Below are positions 1 through 9,202 of a DNA stretch of 64,000 nt, piece after piece. The notes under the pieces are model-generated. The model was given only the letters and a program-made list of their open reading frames with translations, had not been told where the DNA came from and ran no database searches. Position 1 is the stretch's first letter. Every line of letters starts with the position of its first letter. A program made the translations under genes and the position numbers. The DNA comes from a virus, in the IMG/VR virus record IMGVR_UViG_3300022562_001652, positions 32,001-96,000 of that record; one strand, 5' to 3'.

Positions 1-160
1 CCGTAGAAGCCTGCCCGAGCCGGACGAAGACGGACAGTTCGGGGATGTTGGTCAGGACAACCTGAATGCGGCGGCGAGCATCCTCGCACGCAGCCTTCTC
101 GTCGGTCGCCTCCACCAAGAGAACTGCCTTCATGGGAACTTCCACGCGATACTCACTCAT
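1..160 (-). CDS. hypothetical protein, truncated at the window edge (MSEYRVEVPMKAVLL...)
   Basis: ATG at 160 preceded by AAGGAGAAAGGAAG; the frame is open to position 1; not in the ORF track. Confidence 0.6.
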   Translation of the reverse strand, partial: MSEYRVEVPMKAVLLVEATDEKAACEDARRRIQVVLTNIPELSVFVRLGQAST

Positions 161-177
161 CGTTCTTCCTTTCTCCT

Positions 178-1209
178 TCACGACAGCCCGAGGGCTTCTT
201 TGTCTTCGTCACTAAGCTTCGCCAGAACGTCTGAAGGAAGCTCTTCTGGGTAGCAAGCGATGCCGGCGTTACGAAGGTGATCGATCGCCTCCGTCATGGT
301 TTCTATCCGCATCCCTTCTTTCTTGTACTTCTTGTAGATCGGGACAACGTCGCGAACAGGAGCAGAGCCAAGCTCGAGTACGGCGTTCACGAAGTACCAA
401 AGCTGCGTAGCTGGCTTCTCTGGGTTTGTGTCGACCTCGAGCACGCAGAGAATGCGATCGAGATCCAGCTTTTTCTTCTCTTCCGCCTTCGGCTCAGGAA
501 GAGACACGCCCGCCTTCTGAAGGACAACAGAAAAACCGTCCCTCATGTTCCCGAGAAAGCTGCGCACGCACTCTGCCTGGTCGGGACAAGCCGAACATTC
601 GGCAGAAGCCATGTCCACGTATATCCCGAAGCAACCACAAGCCTTGATGAGCTTGAGAGTCTCTTCTCCAGGAAGACGGCTCAGGATCTCCTTCTTCTCT
701 GCCTCATCCATAGATGAGAGGATGGAGTGGATCTCCAATCGCAATCCCTCATCAGAGACGTCAGAATTCGCCCTCTCCGAGTAACTCACGAGAGCGCCAG
801 CCTTCTTGAGCTCGGCGAGCGTAGCTAGCAAGATCTCTCGATCCAGCATCTTCGATGGCTCTAGTTTCGACTCCAGCTTCGGCTTCGGCTTCTTTTTCTC
901 CCTCTCTTCTTTTTCTTCTTCCTCCTCTTCGTCGTCGTTCTTCTTCTTCTTTCTCTTCTTCTTGACACTGGTCTTCTCTTCCGTCTTCTTCTCGGCGGTG
1001 TCGGGTGCGTCTTCGATCGTGATCCCCTTGTCACGGAAGAAGCGGCGGGCGGCTACGAGCGGCTTCTCCCCTTTCTGAATCGCTTCAGCCATGACGACCT
1101 TCAAGCGACCCGCGTGACGAGGAGCCAAACCACGCCCCTTGAACTTCTTGTCGTAGAGAGACGAAGCCTTGTCGGTGGCTTCTTGCTTAACGTTTGCCTT
1201 CGTTCCCAC
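178..1209 (-). CDS. hypothetical protein with a K/E-rich linker and a Cys cluster (CGCFG..CSAC....C)
   Basis: 343-aa ORF; GGAGG 6 nt before GTG; own upstream promoter. Confidence 0.75.
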   Translation of the reverse strand: MGTKANVKQEATDKASSLYDKKFKGRGLAPRHAGRLKVVMAEAIQKGEKPLVAARRFFRDKGITIEDAPDTAEKKTEEKTSVKKKRKKKKNDDEEEEEEKEEREKKKPKPKLESKLEPSKMLDREILLATLAELKKAGALVSYSERANSDVSDEGLRLEIHSILSSMDEAEKKEILSRLPGEETLKLIKACGCFGIYVDMASAECSACPDQAECVRSFLGNMRDGFSVVLQKAGVSLPEPKAEEKKKLDLDRILCVLEVDTNPEKPATQLWYFVNAVLELGSAPVRDVVPIYKKYKKEGMRIETMTEAIDHLRNAGIACYPEELPSDVLAKLSDEDKEALGLS

Positions 1210-1240
1210 TCATATCCTCCTTGTCAAAAAGAGCAAAACT

Positions 1241-1269
1241 ACTCTACGTCTGATAAAGACGACCTGCAA
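1241..1269 (-). promoter_or_regulatory. sigma70-like promoter TTGCAG-N17-TAGAGT
   Basis: Near-consensus boxes with a 17-nt spacer in the intergenic gap upstream of 178..1209. Confidence 0.5.
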
Positions 1270-1292
1270 GTCTTTTCGATCCCTTATTTCGT

Positions 1293-2303
1293 TTAGAAAC
1301 GCGCTAGCTTAGCACGCACGGTCTCTCGGAAGACGTCTCCGCATCCTAAAGGAACGCTTTTCGCGATCAAAGATCGGAGTTCTTCTCTGGGAAGATCGTC
1401 GGGGTCTTTTCCTTTCGGAAGAACGATCACGCGAACGAGCCAAACTTCGCTCAGGCGTTCGGCCAAAGCGTACGCCTTTTCCAGAGCATCCGGATCCCAC
1501 ATCACGACGATCTCGTTCGCGGCCGTCCTCGCCAGCAAGGAAAGCTGGGTCTGTGAAAAGTGCGTTCCGAAGGTTGCTACAGCTCCGGGACCAACGTGTA
1601 TGGCGGAAAAGACGTCCTCGACAAGGACGACTCTCTTTTTGTCGGCCAGAAGCTCTATCCCGTAGAGATCCTCAGAAGCGTGGGAAGCGATCGAGTTGAG
1701 ATACTTCTTCACGCCAGAAGGAGGCTTCGAAGCCATCCACCGTCCCTGAAACCAACGGAGCTGGTTTCCACGGTAGACAGGGACAATGAGCCGGTTCGCG
1801 TACCGACCGTGAGAACACCAGCCGATCTTTCTCCGCTGCCCTTCGCGTTTGGAAATGCCACGCTCTCTCAGGTAGGAGGGTGCTTCTTTTCCAACCTCCA
1901 CAGGCGTAAAGCTCTCTGGTAGAAAGCACGGATCGACGGCTAGAGGTTCAGAAGGTTCTGGCAGACCTCGAAAGGCTCGCTCGACGACATCGGCCAGGCT
2001 GGATGTGTCTCCCTCGTCAGTAGAAAACTCCTTGAGTATGTCGATCGTACGTAGGACGTTCTCTCCTTCGAGCCTCCCGATCAGATCGAAGGCGGTGCCT
2101 GCTTCATCGCAGTAGAAGCAAAGCCATGTTCCTGGCGGTCTGTCCTTCTTCTCACCTACCAAGACCCAGAGCTTGTCTTTCTTTCCGCAGACCGGACACT
2201 CGAGGCTCCAGTTGTCTCCGTGTTCTTTGTACTCGAACCTCTCGAGATAGCGTCTCGCATCGAAGTCCTTCTCGATCGATGCAACGACGTCTCGGAAACT
2301 CAC
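1293..2303 (-). CDS. dnaG: DNA primase (Zn finger + TOPRIM)
   Basis: CPVC...CFYC zinc finger, YLRERGI, RLIVPV, TOPRIM motifs VLVEDVFSA / WDPD / KDPDD. Confidence 0.9.
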   Translation of the reverse strand: MSFRDVVASIEKDFDARRYLERFEYKEHGDNWSLECPVCGKKDKLWVLVGEKKDRPPGTWLCFYCDEAGTAFDLIGRLEGENVLRTIDILKEFSTDEGDTSSLADVVERAFRGLPEPSEPLAVDPCFLPESFTPVEVGKEAPSYLRERGISKREGQRRKIGWCSHGRYANRLIVPVYRGNQLRWFQGRWMASKPPSGVKKYLNSIASHASEDLYGIELLADKKRVVLVEDVFSAIHVGPGAVATFGTHFSQTQLSLLARTAANEIVVMWDPDALEKAYALAERLSEVWLVRVIVLPKGKDPDDLPREELRSLIAKSVPLGCGDVFRETVRAKLARF

Positions 2304-2632
2304 CCCCCCTCCTTGTGCAACATGAGATCCATCACGGTGACTGTACCGTCTTCCTTCTTGAAGCCCATTATAGATACGTAGAAGTTCTCTACCCCGATCG
2401 CTTTCACGTAGTCACTAGAGGGTGTTCCATCGATAAGTATCCAGGAAAGACGAACTTCTTCAGAGGACATCACCAGACTCTGAGGAACGCCAATGGGCAC
2501 TACGTCCCCTCTAAACTGGAACTGTATCCAGCCAAAGCGCATGACGTTCGACCACCCTAGAAGGCTCTCGTAGGGCATGCCGAGAAGATCCAGTCGCGAA
2601 GTGATCGCCGTAGGGCTCTGCTCTTCCTTCAT
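2300..2632 (-). CDS. hypothetical protein (110 aa)
   Basis: Start moved to ATG 2632, which overlaps the MTase stop (ATGA); its stop overlaps the primase start. Confidence 0.6.
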   Translation of the reverse strand: MKEEQSPTAITSRLDLLGMPYESLLGWSNVMRFGWIQFQFRGDVVPIGVPQSLVMSSEEVRLSWILIDGTPSSDYVKAIGVENFYVSIMGFKKEDGTVTVMDLMLHKEGG

Positions 2633-4056
2633 GACTGCCTCCAATACCTGTTTCGAAGATGGGACACCGTCACGAACTCGTGTTCCTTTTCGAAGCCGAG
2701 GAAGCGCATCCCTTCCAGCCCTGCGGCACATCCCGTCGTTCCAGAGCCGCAGAATGGGTCGAGTATTAAGCCACCGGACGGTGTGATCAAGCGAATGAGC
2801 CAACGCATGAGCTCGATCCCCTTCAAAGTCGGGTGTCGGTTGTGGCGACCACCACGCCTACCAGCTCCAGCACGAGGATCGTTCAGTCCCAACGATCCGT
2901 CCTTCCGATCGGTGGCTTCGCCACCACTCCTGGTCGGCAGTGACTCGCACCCTGCGTCGCGCTCCTTGGACGACGGCTTAGCAACGTAATAGAAACGCGA
3001 TGCGCCACCAGCAGAAGCGTAGCCTTGATCAGCTCTGGGTCTTCCTTGACGTTTGCCATAGGTGTTGGCTTGTTTGTTACCCCCACCGTTACGCTGCACA
3101 GCGGTACCGTCTCTCTTAAAGCCACTCTGCTCATCGAGAAGTTTCACAGGACACCCTGGAAGACAGTCCCAGACCACCACGGTCTGCTCGCCGTGCAGCA
3201 CGCCGTTAGGCTTCGGGTCCCCGCTCGGGGCAAGCGGCTGGGCGAAACCCCCTCCACGCTTGCCGCTGTGAAACGTCTGACCAAGAGTTTTGTTCCCATG
3301 GCCTCGGCAAGCCTCGCCACGCTTCAGGTACTTGCAGGTCTGGGCCCGGGAGTCCCCTTTCAAAACGACCTCTCCCACAGGCGCGCACCACTCCGTGTGC
3401 GAGAAGACGAGGTGAGCAGGCCATCTCCCACCATCCTTGCCTGCGATAGGAGACCTGTTGATGCTTCGCCATCCGCTAGGACCGACCGTGGTCTTGCCGA
3501 GAACGCGCTCGAGCTTCTCCGTCGTCGCGATGCGACAGGCATCCACGTTCAGAGCTCCTGTTCCATAGATCTCCATGACCTGATCGACGGTCATGCCTTT
3601 TGGAAAAGGCTTGCGTCCCAAGATCCAGTGCTCCGCCGCCGGCTTCATACATGTTCCCCTGCTGCCTTTACGTGGTCCCTTGGCGAAGCCTGTTCCGAAC
3701 AGGTGGTGGACGATGTCCCTGATCTCGAAGCCCGCGTCTTCGACAGCCGTCCCCGTGCGATGAGAAGTTCGAGGAAGAGCCCATACGAGAGAGTACCCAC
3801 CTGGCTTGAGCACGCGAAGGCACTCTCTCATGATCGACGACAGCCACGACGTCCACAGCACACGGCCGCCTCTATCGCTGTCCCACGCCTTGCCCATGAA
3901 GCCGATGCCTGCGGGCGGGTCCGTCACGACGGCGTCGACGCTTTTGTCTGGGAGAAGACGAAGGAGATCGAGGCTGTCGCCCTGCACGACCGACCATCCT
4001 GGTTTCCCAGCGACAACGGACGAGAAAATCCTTTTCTTCCTCTTCCTCATCCTCAT
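2629..4056 (-). CDS. beta-class N6-A/N4-C DNA methyltransferase with a large central insertion
   Basis: GDSLDLL, motif IV VTDPPAG, RVLKPGG, HPTLK, motif I LDPFCGSGTTG; ATGA coupling at 4056. Confidence 0.9.
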   Translation of the reverse strand: MRMRKRKKRIFSSVVAGKPGWSVVQGDSLDLLRLLPDKSVDAVVTDPPAGIGFMGKAWDSDRGGRVLWTSWLSSIMRECLRVLKPGGYSLVWALPRTSHRTGTAVEDAGFEIRDIVHHLFGTGFAKGPRKGSRGTCMKPAAEHWILGRKPFPKGMTVDQVMEIYGTGALNVDACRIATTEKLERVLGKTTVGPSGWRSINRSPIAGKDGGRWPAHLVFSHTEWCAPVGEVVLKGDSRAQTCKYLKRGEACRGHGNKTLGQTFHSGKRGGGFAQPLAPSGDPKPNGVLHGEQTVVVWDCLPGCPVKLLDEQSGFKRDGTAVQRNGGGNKQANTYGKRQGRPRADQGYASAGGASRFYYVAKPSSKERDAGCESLPTRSGGEATDRKDGSLGLNDPRAGAGRRGGRHNRHPTLKGIELMRWLIRLITPSGGLILDPFCGSGTTGCAAGLEGMRFLGFEKEHEFVTVSHLRNRYWRQS

Positions 4057-4655
4057 GGTCCTGAAGGAGGAAGGGTACAATGCGTCTGCGCAATGCGCAG
4101 GATCTCGTCCCAGTCAGATGACCGACGGAAGCCTGTCCAAAAGATGCTCCCCACCACGTTGTAGGGTGTCGCCCAGAGCACAGGCGTGGTGCCTTTGAAT
4201 CGCCAATACTCTCCCCAGGCCGCTACGTGCTTCTCTTTGTCGTCTACGAACACGTCTCCGTGGATGAAGTACTTCTGCGCCGTGAAGATGATCTCGTCGT
4301 CCGCGAAGCCCATGCGCTTGCGGAGCCACGTATGTCTCTCGTAGTGCCAGTACGGGCTCGAGTGCCACGGAGTCGTGACACAGAAGACGTCGGCCACCTC
4401 GCGCAGAGCCTGTACACCATCTTTGGCTCCTGGTAGTACAGCAAGAGAGGCACAAAACCCTTGCGAGGTGACAAGGCTATTAACTTCTCTCTTTTCATTA
4501 GGGGTCAGCTCGCAGAACTCGTGAAGCTCGTACATGTTTATGTTTTCATGGTCATACGATCTGCCGGTCGCAATCTGTACTGCTTCGATGTAACTTTTTC
4601 CGAAGTCGGCGAAGACACCGTCGCAGTCTAAGAGAACACGCGCTCTTCTCTTCAT
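4053..4655 (-). CDS. 5'(3')-deoxyribonucleotidase (HAD, NT5C-like)
   Basis: LLDCDGV motif I, PGAKDG, TTP, K...GDVFVDD. Confidence 0.85.
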   Translation of the reverse strand: MKRRARVLLDCDGVFADFGKSYIEAVQIATGRSYDHENINMYELHEFCELTPNEKREVNSLVTSQGFCASLAVLPGAKDGVQALREVADVFCVTTPWHSSPYWHYERHTWLRKRMGFADDEIIFTAQKYFIHGDVFVDDKEKHVAAWGEYWRFKGTTPVLWATPYNVVGSIFWTGFRRSSDWDEILRIAQTHCTLPPSGP

Positions 4656-5302
4656 CTCTTCTTTCTCCTTCCACGACACCTAGAACACGTCAGGTAACCC
4701 TTGGTTCTCTTCCTACCACAAGCGCAAAAGCCCGCCTTTCGACGAGCCGTCCTTCTCTCTCGTGCTTTCTGATTCTCCTCGAGAACACAACCTCTGCATA
4801 CTCGTGTAAGACTACCCCACCCACAAATCACGCAGATTCCACTCCGTGCCTCTTCGTCTCGACGACGTCTCTTGCGCTCACGCTGTCGAGCAGCCATGGC
4901 TCCCTTCGTGTGCTCCTCGCATCGGTTTCCTTCGTGAGCAGGACGAGAGCACCAAAGAAGGTCACAGAGGCCCATGCTTCGACGTTCCTCAATACTGTGC
5001 AGAAAATTATTCCTGACTTCCTTGTTTCGCCGTTCGAGAGCCCTCTTACGAGAATCGTGGTTCTTCTTCTCCCTGTGCCTTTCACAGAGAACCTTGCCTC
5101 CGGTAGAAGCACCACACTGCAAGCACAGCCCTTGCCTTCTACGCTCTCTTCGAAGCTGTCGGTGTTTCTCGTTGTTCTCTTCCAAATGTCTTGCACAGAA
5201 CTGACGCCCTTTGAGAGGCTCTGTGCAGCTGATTACTCGACAAAGACCTGCTCGGCGTTTTTCGTACTCACGTTCTTTCAGCTTCTTGAGCTGACGCTTC
5301 AT
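4652..5302 (-). CDS. basic Cys-rich protein with repeated GxCxxC...CxxH/C modules
   Basis: About five GLC/GIC/GFC-initiated modules separated by Arg-rich segments. Confidence 0.7.
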   Translation of the reverse strand: MKRQLKKLKEREYEKRRAGLCRVISCTEPLKGRQFCARHLEENNEKHRQLRRERRRQGLCLQCGASTGGKVLCERHREKKNHDSRKRALERRNKEVRNNFLHSIEERRSMGLCDLLWCSRPAHEGNRCEEHTKGAMAARQRERKRRRRDEEARSGICVICGWGSLTRVCRGCVLEENQKARERRTARRKAGFCACGRKRTKGYLTCSRCRGRRKKR

Positions 5303-5618
5303 CGTCCTTGGCCTCTTCGTACTCCACGATGACGCAAAGCCTCTTCAAACGCTTACCTACGAGAGGACGAAAGGCCTCCTGTAAGGTACTACAGCAGAGA
5401 CGCCTCCTGATAGACGGATCGGGAGGAGCGACCAGGTGTTCGCTGTCGGAAGAACACTCGTCGATCACAATTCGTTGCTCAGGACCCGCCAAGCGCACTA
5501 CTGACGGCCGGCCGACATAGCGCTGAAACTGGTATTCGTAGTGACTGCTGATAGGAACCCCGTTTTCACAGAACGGACATTTGAAATCATCAACGCGTAC
5601 AGGGACGCCGCTACTCAT
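5268..5618 (-). CDS. hypothetical protein (CPFC)
   Basis: ATG 5618 after AGAAGGAA; overlaps both neighbours. Confidence 0.55.
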   Translation of the reverse strand: MSSGVPVRVDDFKCPFCENGVPISSHYEYQFQRYVGRPSVVRLAGPEQRIVIDECSSDSEHLVAPPDPSIRRRLCCSTLQEAFRPLVGKRLKRLCVIVEYEEAKDDEASAQEAERT

Positions 5619-5826
5619 CACAGATTCCTTCTTTCTTGGCAAACCACATCGGCACTTCGATCTCCTCCCGTTCGTCCCCCTCTTCCAGATCATCCGGATC
5701 AGGGTCTGTGATGATGCTCTTGGGGATCCACCGCTCTTCGCCTTCGTAAAGCACGAGAACTGCCTTCTCAGTGACCTTGATCACGTCTACGTCCTCGAGC
5801 CTGTAGAGCTCGTCATAGTCACGCAC
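5611..5826 (-). CDS. small acidic phage protein (TEKAVL...WIPKS...PMWFA type)
   Basis: GGAGGAG upstream of GTG 5826; motif pattern typical of small phage proteins. Confidence 0.7.
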   Translation of the reverse strand: MRDYDELYRLEDVDVIKVTEKAVLVLYEGEERWIPKSIITDPDPDDLEEGDEREEIEVPMWFAKKEGICDE

Positions 5827-6400
5827 CGTCTGTCTCCTCCGCCTGTTCGTTTTCTGTCTGAGCTTCCTCTCCGAAGAACTTCTTTTCCAGGTAGCGAGCG
5901 ACAAGATCCAGGACTGAAGCTGCGTACTTGAGATCCTTGTCAGGATCCCCTGTCATACCCTCTGGGGGAAAGCGCGTCCCTCGAAGCTTCGAGGTAAAGG
6001 CCTTCAGTGGAATACCATACTGCAGACCGATGGAGAGCACGATCGCCACAGCATCCAGAGCGCCGCGCGCCAAGCCTCCGGTCTGTCCAACGCGGAGAAA
6101 GACCTCGCCAAGCCTCCCGTCTTCATATGTGTTGGGAGTGATGTACACGTCGACCGGACCGTCTGCAGAACGGATGGTGAAGTGCCTGGTAAAACCATTC
6201 CTCTCGTCAGGCAGACGTTCTCGGAATCTTTTCTTCTTGACGGATCTTTCTACCTCAAGAATAGCGGCTGTCTCTATCAAATCGACTACATCGAATATTT
6301 CTTTGAGAAGAGGCCTGCTCTTCTTGCATTCCGCATCCACCTTGTGGAGGTAGGTCCTGAGTAGAACGAACAAGTCCAAGTCGCTAACCTTGTCGTTCAT
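5819..6400 (-). CDS. stand-alone class II ribonucleotide reductase C-terminal (NrdJ-C/TSCPD-like) domain protein
   Basis: RERLPDER.GFT, YITPNTYEDGRLGEVF, SIGLQYGIPL, TRFPPEG, ASVLD; start at ATG 6400 coupled to the helicase stop. Confidence 0.8.
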   Translation of the reverse strand: MNDKVSDLDLFVLLRTYLHKVDAECKKSRPLLKEIFDVVDLIETAAILEVERSVKKKRFRERLPDERNGFTRHFTIRSADGPVDVYITPNTYEDGRLGEVFLRVGQTGGLARGALDAVAIVLSIGLQYGIPLKAFTSKLRGTRFPPEGMTGDPDKDLKYAASVLDLVARYLEKKFFGEEAQTENEQAEETDGA

Positions 6401-7737
6401 ACGCCACGATCCACAACTCGGGCTCGAGACCAGTCCATCGCCACCGGCAGCTCGAAGCCAGCGGGACCTCCCCGGTTCTTGTCCAGATAGATTCTCCCGA
6501 TCATGGCCTTCTTCTCCTTGTCGTCTTGGTTGAGGACGAGCATCAAATCGCAGACATGCGCTTTCTTGATCGAATCGGACACGTTCTTCCCTGTCGCCGT
6601 TCCCCGCCCGATCCCCTCCCTGTTGAGCTGCGAAGCCGTCCACCCTGCCAGATTGCGCTCTCCAAGCAGAGCACGCGTCTCGACATAGACGCTGCCCTGA
6701 TCTTCGTAAGCGTCGTTCTTCTTCACTTCCGCAGAGGGAACCATGAGCTCGCACGTGTCGATCACCAAGAGATCTGGATAGAAGCCTATCTGCCCTTCCA
6801 GACGCAGCAGGTGAGATCGGAGAGCACTGACAGTGAGCGACATGGGAGGAAAGTACTTCACGACGAGGAACTCCCCCAACTTCGTTCCCAGATCGTTCAC
6901 GTTCTCCCGAATCACGTTCTCCTCTTCTATGATATCGGAGAGGGAGACGTCGGCGAACCCGGCGTCGAAGCGTTCGCACACCATGTCTTCGTCGAGCTCC
7001 ATGGTGACGTAGAGCACCTTCGCGCCGCTCTCCAGGATAGCAGCACGACTAAACGAGATCAGTGTGCTCGACTTTCCCGAACCATAAGCCCCAAGGACGC
7101 AGCCCAACGCCTTTCTCCAAATCCCTCCAGCACGGGTGTATTCATCCACGCGTGTGCCTGTAGAGATTCCCTTTTCCACGGCTTCCTTCCTCCTCTCTAT
7201 CCGGCTCTCTAGATCACGCACATACAACTGCCCCACCCCCCCGGCACGTGCAGCGTTCACGTTCAGGATCCGACTCACTTCACGATCCACAGATTCGAAG
7301 TCCTGGATCTTGAGATGGTCGACGCTCTTGATGATAGCGTCGCGAATCACCTGGTTCTTGACGAACTCGAAGATCGCGTCCTTCACGAAGGAACGATCCT
7401 TCACCGTCTTCTTCAAACGAAGTATGGCCGCCTCCGCCTCTCCTTCGTTTTCTTTGTGCAAGAGGCGGCCGATCTGCATGTCCTTCCTGAGACGCATGCG
7501 AATCGCGTCCAGACTCGCCCCCGTCCCGTACCTCCGAGCATGAGAAAGCAAGACGTTAGCAAGCCACCTCCGCACTCTGCCATCGAACAGCCGATGATCC
7601 AGGTACTCGGCTATCGCACAACAGAAATTCGGATCTTGGTACAAGGTCCGAAGCACGCGTCCTTGAAAAGCGGTATCGAACTCAACGCTCTTCGGCTTTT
7701 CGCCACCCTCTGCCACTTTTCTACCCGCCGCAAGCAA
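6397..7737 (-). CDS. dnaB: replicative DnaB/T4 gp41-like helicase
   Basis: Walker A GAYGSGKS, LYVTMEL, LLVID, WTASQLNR, KNRGG. Confidence 0.9.
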   Translation of the reverse strand: MLAAGRKVAEGGEKPKSVEFDTAFQGRVLRTLYQDPNFCCAIAEYLDHRLFDGRVRRWLANVLLSHARRYGTGASLDAIRMRLRKDMQIGRLLHKENEGEAEAAILRLKKTVKDRSFVKDAIFEFVKNQVIRDAIIKSVDHLKIQDFESVDREVSRILNVNAARAGGVGQLYVRDLESRIERRKEAVEKGISTGTRVDEYTRAGGIWRKALGCVLGAYGSGKSSTLISFSRAAILESGAKVLYVTMELDEDMVCERFDAGFADVSLSDIIEEENVIRENVNDLGTKLGEFLVVKYFPPMSLTVSALRSHLLRLEGQIGFYPDLLVIDTCELMVPSAEVKKNDAYEDQGSVYVETRALLGERNLAGWTASQLNREGIGRGTATGKNVSDSIKKAHVCDLMLVLNQDDKEKKAMIGRIYLDKNRGGPAGFELPVAMDWSRARVVDRGV

Positions 7738-8227
7738 ACGGGAATCTTCGCAAGACCTCTTCAGGGGTGATCCCTAACAAACAGGCCATGCTCTTGAGCT
7801 TCCTGTCGCGGCGAATCTCGGCCGCAACGAGTGCGTCTGGGTTGAACCCCTTCTCCTCGCCTCCTGGTCGACTACGTCGATCATGGGCTATAGACTCCGC
7901 CTCTGTTCTCTTGGCCTTCCCACCCTCTTGCACAGAACGCAACCTTCGTTCAGCTCCTGGTCCTGTCAGATGACCCGGCTTGGGGAGGAGCGTCTTTCCT
8001 TTGATGGAGGACACTGCATCGAACACCTCGAACTGTGCGCTCACCCACTCTAGTGGGGTAACGCCCAGTCTGGCGCAGTCATGCGCCGCTTCACGAAAAC
8101 GTCCATGATCGCGTTCGATCAGATCCGCAAGAATGACGCTTGGTCTTTTTTTGACGAAGCGATTGATTCGAACATAAAGGCTTTCTGTATAAAGAACCCG
8201 AATCTTTCGAGTCGTTTTTCCTCTCAC
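7721..8227 (-). CDS. hypothetical protein upstream of the helicase
   Basis: GGAGG upstream of GTG 8227; overlaps the helicase start. Confidence 0.6.
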   Translation of the reverse strand: MRGKTTRKIRVLYTESLYVRINRFVKKRPSVILADLIERDHGRFREAAHDCARLGVTPLEWVSAQFEVFDAVSSIKGKTLLPKPGHLTGPGAERRLRSVQEGGKAKRTEAESIAHDRRSRPGGEEKGFNPDALVAAEIRRDRKLKSMACLLGITPEEVLRRFPFACGG

Positions 8228-8238
8228 GTAAAGACCTC

Positions 8239-8586
8239 CTAGCTCGAAGCATCCTCTGGGTAGTAAGGTTTCGCCTTGAGAAAGGCCCTGTTCCGTTCGA
8301 TCCTTTCTTTCCTCCTCTCTAAGCAAAAAGAACACAGAAATGGCCTCCCCGCATGCCCGAAGATCACGTGTCGTGTTCCCTTCCTCCTTCGACATGACAT
8401 GCACAGACCGTCCTCAGGATCGTCAAAGACGATCCGATCGCAAGCCTTGGTGGTGCTTCCATAAAGAGGTACGGGAGGAGGGGCTTTACCAGACCCTGTT
8501 CTGCACCACGGGTCTTCGTGACTCGGGGCTGTCCTAGGCAACGCTGGGAATGGGTTAGGGAGACGGGCGCCAGGACGACTCCTCAT
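8239..8586 (-). CDS. hypothetical protein with CxxC pairs
   Basis: ATG 8586 immediately after the upstream stop; CMSC...CSFC. Confidence 0.55.
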   Translation of the reverse strand: MRSRPGARLPNPFPALPRTAPSHEDPWCRTGSGKAPPPVPLYGSTTKACDRIVFDDPEDGLCMSCRRRKGTRHVIFGHAGRPFLCSFCLERRKERIERNRAFLKAKPYYPEDASS

Positions 8587-8587
8587 C

Positions 8588-9202
8588 TCAGAACCCCCAG
8601 CGAGGAAAAAGCTTCCCACTACGAGCCTCCTCCACAGTAGCTCGCACCCACTTCTCTGCTGAACTGGAGCGCCACATCCATAGGTAGCCGGAACCCGCGA
8701 AGACGTCGGTGAGGAACTTGATGTACGACCCACGAGCTTCTTCGCTGCCCAGCCAACCAAGAAGGTAGGCAACGGCTATGCTCTCTCGATAAGCCTCTCG
8801 TTCGAACTTGGCGCGCAACGTGTAGAAAAACGGAAGAGGGAGAAAGAGGTAGGCAAAAGAGAACAACGGGATGTTGAAACGACCTGCCCAGCTCCCAAGA
8901 GGCCAGGAATATGCTTGGACGACGTGTACTGCTTCATGGTGAAGGAGAGACCACCTTCTTTCCGGAGACCACGAACCGAAGTTCTCAGGAACAAAGGTCG
9001 TAGCCGCAATCGTAGTCGCGTAGCTGGAAGCGTATCGTTTGTTGAACAAGCCTATGAGGAACCACAGCGCTCTCCAAAACCAAGAGCTCTCGCTTCGCTT
9101 CACGATCTTGTACTTGCCAGCGTATCGGCTTCGGATTTCTAACACGAAGCCATCCACTGCTTTGTCGGACACAGCGATCAGGTTGGTTGATCCCGTACTC
9201 AT
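8588..9202 (-). CDS. membrane-associated HExxH zinc metallopeptidase-like protein
   Basis: LLHHEAVHVVQ plus downstream FEREAY; hydrophobic segments. Confidence 0.65.
   Translation of the reverse strand: MSTGSTNLIAVSDKAVDGFVLEIRSRYAGKYKIVKRSESSWFWRALWFLIGLFNKRYASSYATTIAATTFVPENFGSWSPERRWSLLHHEAVHVVQAYSWPLGSWAGRFNIPLFSFAYLFLPLPFFYTLRAKFEREAYRESIAVAYLLGWLGSEEARGSYIKFLTDVFAGSGYLWMWRSSSAEKWVRATVEEARSGKLFPRWGF

Noticed and set aside
5819-6979. 386-aa ORF as listed, and similar long N-terminal extensions (29818..30987, 44891..45856, 56792..57271, 2300..2803)
   Set aside because: The extensions overlap well-supported upstream genes in another frame; coupled or SD-supported internal starts give coherent proteins.
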